A DNA stretch of 16,113 nt from an archaeon (GTDB lineage Archaea > Iainarchaeota > Iainarchaeia > Iainarchaeales > CSSED10-239): NCBI GenBank assembly GCA_035390665.1, contig DAOOUC010000011.1:1-16113 (forward strand), given 5' to 3'. The notes beneath the pieces are model-generated. The model had not been told where the DNA came from. It made no database searches and saw nothing but the letters and a program-made list of their open reading frames with translations. Numbering within the stretch: position 1 is the first letter of the stretch; each line of letters begins with the position of its first letter. The position numbers and the translations under genes are program-made. Shown piece by piece: positions 9,601 to 14,300 of this stretch.

Positions 9601-11350
9601 AGAAATTGCAATACCTGTTGGGGCTATAGAAGGATTAGAGCCAATTGATTTAAATGCAGAAAAAGTAGAAGCATTTACAACAAAGATGGCAGGATCTACA
9701 AAGATTACTTTCGAGAATACAAATACAATTAAAAGATATCAATTTAATGTAAATACCTTCTTAAATACAACAAGTAATTTATCAACAGAAATTGATGGAT
9801 TATCTGATGCAGAAAATAAACTATTAAGTGAATATTTAAGAAGATTTATTAATTCAATGAACGTTTATTATGGAGACACATTAACTCCAGTAATAATTAA
9901 TGCAAAAACATATGGCAGTTTAGAAAGCGGAGCAACAAAAGATATATTGTCTAAACCACAATTTTTAAACAATGCTTGGGAATTAAATTTAAAATCAAGT
10001 TCAGAAATAAAACAAATTAGTTCTCCAGCAACATATAAGATAACTTTAGATATAAATAATTCTTCAAGTAAGAAAGCAAATTATGATGTTACAGCAATAA
10101 ATGCGGGAGTAGATGCATACAGTACAAATAACAATTATAAGCAAAATATCTTCTTTACAAACCCAGTAAATGCATACTACTATAACTATGGCGGAATACC
10201 ATTCAAAACAGAAGAAAGAGGAGAAAGAAAACAAACAGAATTAATAAATAGTTTTAACAATTGGGCAAAAGTACAAGACGGAATTGTATTAAAAGCAAAT
10301 ACAGCAAATAATGCAATTTCAAATGTTTTATTTAAAGACATAAGACCAATACAAATTGTTTCTACAGTTGCAAATGATTATCGTGTAGAATACTTAGCTC
10401 AAGAGAAATATAATAATTTAGTTGAAAACATGGAATGGAGATTAAGTGCCGAAGAACAAAAATTAATAAAACAAACAATACAAAGAACAGGTTCTTCAAC
10501 AAATGGATATCAATTATTAAATTATAATAGTAGACCAACAACATTTAGAAATACAATATTTGTATTTAATAATTCAGCAGATAAATCAAAATTAGAACAT
10601 CAATTAAGAATATATTCAAGAAATGAATTATTATTCAATGTAACTCCAATATCATTACAAATGACAAATGTTTCAGACAATAAAGCATATGGTTATGCTA
10701 TACCAAAGAACCTAACAACAGTTACAGGTTATGTTGGTAAATTAGATGCTGACACAGCAACAGTAAATGGAATGATTAAGAGTATACAAAAAGAAAAGAT
10801 GTGTTTTAATTTTAATAATGGCACATTTAATTTGTGGATTAATCCCGCAGATAAATCAATTGTAGAAGTTGTAGAAGTAGAGACCCAACCAACAACATCT
10901 CAACAAACAGCACAAGTACCTCAACAAACAACACAAACAGAATCAACTACAACTCAGACTATTGCAAATTTAACAATTACTGGTGGAAGTTTTAGTGTGG
11001 ATACTTCAGTAACAAGTCAAACAACAGTAAATGTTATTGGAGATAATTTAACAATGGATTTAGCTAATAAAAAATTAAATGGGGTTGTAAAATTTGAAAG
11101 TGGTAACCAAAATGCAACAGTAAATATTACAAGTGGTACAGCCGTAATTTCAGGCAATAATGTAACCTTAACAATAAATGGGACTGCAAGCGCAGGCCTA
11201 ATGGGCACAATAAGAGTTACAACACAAGGTACTCTTAATACAACAGGAAATCAAAATTTAGATGGAACATATACAATTGTTGCAAATCAATCAGTAAATG
11301 TAAATGGTCCACAATTAGCATTAGTAAATATTAATTTTAATAAGCAATAA
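3659..11350 (+). CDS. Giant membrane-anchored multidomain surface protein (2563 aa), N-terminal type II signal anchor, repeated carboxypeptidase-regulatory/CNA-B-like beta-sandwich domains
   Basis: Continuous 2563-aa ORF, RBS-like aggt at 3647-3650. N-terminal cytoplasmic segment then IFSLIVLALIALIIFLLV as a single TM. Repeated motifs such as 'GTLSITVKDKDSLFNLANVNVSIYD...DTTNQNGIMI', 'GFIEVRVKDKVTGALLEGVNVKLS...TEVNGQVKF', 'EYATVKIWD...TTDISGKVVV'. Confidence 0.9.
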   Translation: MGLKEFYYSLEDKYFEMLDNLEEKGINLYKIIDPLEKNGISTFPIFSLIVLALIALIIFLLVSNFTSIGSNEVRIAFFDETQNPIQDTDIKIKLNGVSDTVTTDNSGVVYLSDLDKTKLYELELDDASYKLIDRDYYDLNPTTKYHLINIEKIEYQSTKTISFKKQSGELLLEELDVIFECTNGNYTSENTITEGLITLSDIPKDCGRLTVTILGRNDYTPNIPEEGTVGEVRFSESISYGTLSITVKDKDSLFNLANVNVSIYDKATDMLIDSDTTNQNGIMISESVIVNKQYYVLVSDPNSIYSTITKSDYQNNLISFIQIKQGMNTLDLKLKKDIIGFIEVRVKDKVTGALLEGVNVKLSRLGNIMDTRATEVNGQVKFPIKENVSYILTLDKPGYLLQSQTASISSNIIDISLRSMTETGNYPAHINVVDGERKGIEYATVKIWDVLNNEVVKVVTTDISGKVVVNNLNPEGTYFVEAISGKFTGKSNNFTVKEREIEEVYAIVEIGQGTYNLVIMDDSQNPISAPIKVYDVKNNKEMEEKRTTSNESGLAIISIRADKTVFFSIETDQGNVITKQYNVPAENTFNETIIIPAKISSSSNIEFIGFYNSSGEIVSSIIPGQTQTARFLLNVDKKYSKVVAHLRTGEGDTCGTRTYSANEDFIYIKQVSFAGSKMIGSLDYTPCFGETKDLASIVTKNTKWVNLVLDNPVVGSYLIDAEIVVLDSATTNQSIYYRAEYQQGTTVLRNPLDATIGTSTSSSTKQALYAYAKNLPIFVGDTSNCDGSICYSFAFREKNTSQDKRVIDKFSAKDGTDYKFKFRFGVLRPVSDATIKISTTGQTIKLNSYTISPAGSLPIVDTEFSDIDIGSISANDIVTGEVDLSVINDISDELVIEISSNGDAVFEKKILFDLKPSKNFTVEFLPKMVVPYIPNNAIIGVMDDTNKSVMDASVFVKINSKPIIDGKTNREGLFTFILPATNINDVIEINVRKQGYRTNTIKYVVTENIITTIPESIELNIDISQNYSTSTNIILINNTVLPLSITSIKTNVNSEYVKLTSASQGMIFEPNSQVALDLTARLTEAGIDLMTQKTIKGTLLITVNESNFEKNWQISIPITIRITFGQAIDNTNCLIIDPEETEIRMTDTEYAYNLNITNDCQVGEVPVSLNKIFIESNYKDTKKLGDFYVVIGAQEKKLALEEKIQVLNSLDAGKKATIKLIYKMNNNTKGGISTPVIRLTSNRANINGVDTIVSEHLPKIIINNYINCIETPTTQIIVPYCAPVSLYNNMFGMGPYTNFSQNFDPTMYNQQSTTIPGQSYWQSTAYAPSYAMSDFYNNQNFPYNNFTEGMQGYPMSGMTNGQTGCQAAQIQVKNSCYDEVELKFDSLAGVIISSGQEMALKKGESKTLTVQGGQVLGEYKIAMSAKPTDDAIEEYTFVKDLPVIVNRPLEILPENCIIVPKTKFDFTYTTDIQKLMVINSCYDAGFALTSLRILNPDVLMIGDVQYFSIGDVNATLRPKKTYRYEEGKRIEIMTVGVRRNPEIGRKMLNNDNDTTAKTISNLRKNYFDIGNSINLTAILGISYSTPRLQGGEKEEELTFTDNLQWLGYVDENKTEETNTNTDTGTGTTGTGTTPGTTNADVSTRINIDFTTGNSNQIPAGPAIEFTEFALNDNSGAIGILVKIKDSYLDDKSDFFNNETDARVCFNGVISDFKKASPSIFEKLTEKSYIDKNEKGRIQNGEVISEIHFFEKGTIFKVCLSRPLTPLNTADGKFDRAVYREETDVSKEKIFTIMNPKWWIFKDSSVYKVKFALSANLGTFGYIEKTNVPEYLKDSPRLQDGECLDPKGFEKLGFTGSNYDNYGFNRLLFTWNPAEIKHNTCDYGYIYCDQDQLRIAFSQKMDYLANNKFIELDGIKFLKSDSVAKIAKNELLLDKNPLNKELIENAVSSNAIDSAEETKLKITKLRAIINTVPEALRKYTIIEIAIPVGAIEGLEPIDLNAEKVEAFTTKMAGSTKITFENTNTIKRYQFNVNTFLNTTSNLSTEIDGLSDAENKLLSEYLRRFINSMNVYYGDTLTPVIINAKTYGSLESGATKDILSKPQFLNNAWELNLKSSSEIKQISSPATYKITLDINNSSSKKANYDVTAINAGVDAYSTNNNYKQNIFFTNPVNAYYYNYGGIPFKTEERGERKQTELINSFNNWAKVQDGIVLKANTANNAISNVLFKDIRPIQIVSTVANDYRVEYLAQEKYNNLVENMEWRLSAEEQKLIKQTIQRTGSSTNGYQLLNYNSRPTTFRNTIFVFNNSADKSKLEHQLRIYSRNELLFNVTPISLQMTNVSDNKAYGYAIPKNLTTVTGYVGKLDADTATVNGMIKSIQKEKMCFNFNNGTFNLWINPADKSIVEVVEVETQPTTSQQTAQVPQQTTQTESTTTQTIANLTITGGSFSVDTSVTSQTTVNVIGDNLTMDLANKKLNGVVKFESGNQNATVNITSGTAVISGNNVTLTINGTASAGLMGTIRVTTQGTLNTTGNQNLDGTYTIVANQSVNVNGPQLALVNINFNKQ
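3791..3844 (+). other. Predicted transmembrane anchor of the 2563-aa protein (residues ~45-62)
   Basis: IFSLIVLALIALIIFLLV preceded by 44 charged/amphipathic residues; the only strong hydrophobic helix seen in this protein. Confidence 0.75.
3870..5410 (+). repeat. Tandem array of diverged CNA-B / carboxypeptidase-regulatory-like beta-sandwich domains (about 5)
   Basis: Recurrent pattern V.D....PI..A.V.I.......T...G.......L......V...GY: e.g. VRIAFFDETQNPIQDTDIKIKL..TTDNSGVVYL; ITVKDKDSLFNLANVNVSIYD..TTNQNGIMI; VRVKDKVTGALLEGVNVKLS..EVNGQVKFPI; EYATVKIWD..TTDISGKVVV; LVIMDDSQNPISAPIKVYD..TSNESGLAII. Confidence 0.6.
7055..8101 (+). repeat. Three successive Cys-pair modules in the 2563-aa protein (Cys ... 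Asn-x-Cys)
   Basis: C(7055)LIIDPEETEIRM...ITNDC(7136); C(7751)QAAQIQVKNSC(7784)YDEV; C(8024)IIVPKTKFDFTYTTDIQKLMVINSC(8099)YDAGF. Confidence 0.55.
7499..7750 (+). other. Low-complexity Tyr/Asn/Gln/Pro/Met-rich (prion-like) segment inside the 2563-aa protein
   Basis: Translation CAPVSLYNNMFGMGPYTNFSQNFDPTMYNQQSTTIPGQSYWQSTAYAPSYAMSDFYNNQNFPYNNFTEGMQGYPMSGMTNGQTG; almost devoid of charged residues. Confidence 0.75.
8486..8580 (+). other. Thr/Gly/Asn-rich linker
   Basis: DENKTEETNTNTDTGTGTTGTGTTPGTTNADV in the translation. Confidence 0.75.
10882..10970 (+). other. Thr/Gln/Ser-rich linker near the C-terminus of the 2563-aa protein
   Basis: ETQPTTSQQTAQVPQQTTQTESTTTQTIAN in the translation. Confidence 0.75.
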
Positions 11351-11384
11351 AAGAGTAAAAAAATAAAACAATATAATAATTAAA

Positions 11385-11389
11385 AGGTG
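11385..11389 (+). promoter_or_regulatory. Ribosome-binding site for gene 4
   Basis: aggtg with 5-nt spacing to the ATG at 11395; GGTG matches the archaeal/bacterial anti-SD core. Confidence 0.6.
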
Positions 11390-11394
11390 TAAAA

Positions 11395-14300
11395 ATGGGA
11401 CTAAAAAATATATATTATTTCTTTGAAAATAAATGGTATGATTTTGTAGAAAAAACAGGGTTGTACAAAGTAACAGATAAGATAGACAAAGTAATGCCTT
11501 CTTTTTTGCTATTTATTTTAATTATTATAATGCTTATTGCAGGGATATTTTTGATGATACCTTCAATTCAGGGAAAAGGAGAAGCAACAATAAGTTTCTC
11601 TGTTCTTGATGATGAAGGAAATTCTGTGCCTCTTGCACCAATAATGGTATCTACAGAAACAGATAATTTTAGACTTACAACAGATGATTACGGTACAACT
11701 GAACCAATTTCTTTAAAGAAAGATTCAGAGATATATGTTTCTATTGATTATTCTGGTTCTAATTATGAAAAGTATTCAAATAATTTTGTAATTTCAGACA
11801 ATCAAGAAATTGTAATCTATTTAGATAATGCAGAATCTGAAACTCAAAAAGTAAATTATAATTTTTCTTTAGTTGATTCTTTAACAAGTGCAAATATTCC
11901 AAATGATGGTTCTATTGTTTTTAGTTGTAGAAATTTAGGGCCAATTGCTCCAGGAACAGTAACAGTTATTGGAGGAGTTGTAGAAGTACAAGCAGATAGT
12001 GCCTGTCAGTTAGTTGCTCAATCAATTTCAATACAAGGTTATGAAACAAAATATGGAGTAAGTATTTCTCCACAAACAAGTATGATTGATTTAACAAAAT
12101 TAAGTATTGGTTTTGAAGAACAACAAACATATTCTCTATATATTTCAGTAAATAATGAAGCAGGAAATCCATTGTCTTCAATGCAAGCAAAACTATATCA
12201 AAATAATGTTGAGATAATTGGCGGAAATTGTTTAACTGCAAATGGAGTTTGTACAATTACAGGATTAGAGTCTGGAAGTTATACTCTTAAAGTTACAGAC
12301 ACTAGAACAAATGCAGAATATGGTCAAGCACAATCTTCTGTATATATTTCAAGTAATACAAATCAACCAATCACAATGACTAGAAATATTGCAGGATATA
12401 TACTAGTAAAAGTTAAAAAAAGTAATAATCAAGCAATTTCTGGTGCAACCGTAACTTTAAAATACATAGATAATGATAATGTAGATATTGCAAGCTATAC
12501 AACAGATTCAGATGGCCAAGCATATTTGGCAGTTTATGATCTTACAAAAAGATATAGGGTTGTTGTAGATAAAGAAGATTATTTGATTGCTTCCCAAAGT
12601 AATATTGTTGCAGTAGCAAACTATCCAACTAATCCAACAGTTACAATAACTTTACAACAAATTACTCCAACAACAGCAGCTCAATTAAAGTTAAGAGTAA
12701 TTAATAGTGAAACAGGAAAAGGTTTTCCAAATGCACAAGTTGTGTTATATAGTTCTGATACAGGATTTTTAACAGACTATAAACCAAAAATGACAAATAG
12801 TGATGGTAATGTTACTTTTGTTGTAAGTTCTGGAAACTATTATGCTAAAGCATTTAAGGGTTCATCAATAGGATTAAGTGAAGAATTTGAATTTAATGTT
12901 AGAGATGCAACAACAGCTGAAGCAAAAATAATACCAATGGAAATAACAAAAGGAAATTTATTAGTAACAGTTGTGGATAAGGACGGAGAGGCAGTTCCAC
13001 ATGCAAACATATTATTATTTGATAGATATAATTCTAGAACACCAATTTGGGGTGGAGATTTAGCAAACATAGATGGAACTTATGAAATAACTGAAATTGT
13101 TTCTGATCAAGACGTTTATGTTGTTGTTTCTGATATTATTTCAAATCTTGGTTCAACACAGTCTGAATTTGTGTATATTAAACCAAATGAAACAAACGAA
13201 TTAAAAGTAACTTTATATAATAAAATTAATGCTTCTCAAAAACCAAAGATTGAATTTTTAGGTTTCTTTAATGATTCAGGAAGTAGATTAAATGGATACA
13301 TAAGAAGTGGAGCAGAATACAAAGCAAAATTTTTATTATTAATTCCTTCAGAAAGGTGGGATTCTGATTTAGAAGAATTTGAAGAAGTTGGAGCAATATT
13401 AAGAACAGGTTCTTCAAACACCCCATATATGGAAAACGATAGTATTTATATTAAAGATATAGTTTTACCAAACTCAGAAATACAAAAATTTACACAATAT
13501 AGTTCAGAAGATGGTTATGATGGAAAAGACGATGTAGACACAAGAACAGAAGGAGATGCAAAATGGGCAAAGGTTATCTTTAATCCAATCAATAACAGAG
13601 ACTATGCAACAGCATATACAATAATGGCAGATTTAAAAGTTAAAGATGATGCAGCATATGGAGAAAAAGTAGATATTCATTATTTAGGTTTTGGATATAA
13701 TGAAGATGAAGAATATGAAAGTGATCCAGTAGATAATACAAATAATGATGATGTAGAATACATGACCTACAAAACAGAAAGTTTCAATATTGGAGAAGAA
13801 CAAGCGTGTTCTGATGATTTCTGTTTTACATTAAATATCACAAACTTAGATGAAGACTTAAGAGAAGACGTAGTAGATAACTATAATGCAAAACCACAAC
13901 AGAATTATAAATTAAGATTTGGTTTAATTAATAACAATAAAGACAGAATATATACAAATAATTCAAGATTTGAAATAAAGAATGCAGATAAAGGACTTAT
14001 CTTTAAAGATATAAACTTTACACAACCAAATTCATCACACACAAATATTAATGTAATCCCAGATACTTACGAATATAAAATAACAACACAACAATTTAAT
14101 CCACACAGTACAATAAGTGGAGAAATACAATTTGTTCCAAGTCTAAAAGGAGACAGACAAATATTATTACAATATGTTTCTGATCAAAGAATTGTATTTA
14201 CAAGATTAATTAACATACATGTTTTATCAGATAAAACATTTAAAGTAGAAATAACCCCTGAAGTTATTCCATCAGGTAAAAACTTTAATTTAGAATTAGA

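Noticed and set aside
4933-11208. Short minus-strand ORFs inside the 2563-aa gene (4933-5142, 6202-6549, 7237-7449, 8064-8375, 9361-9594, 9381-9596, 10362-10544, 11017-11208)
   Set aside because: Shadow ORFs antisense to a continuous plus-strand coding frame with coherent domain structure; low-complexity Leu/Phe-rich products.
11351-11394. Gap between genes 3 and 4 considered as a terminator plus independent promoter
   Set aside because: Only 44 nt, purine/A-rich with no T-run or hairpin; an RBS next to the ATG suggests co-transcription, though a weak TATA-like ataataat cannot be excluded.
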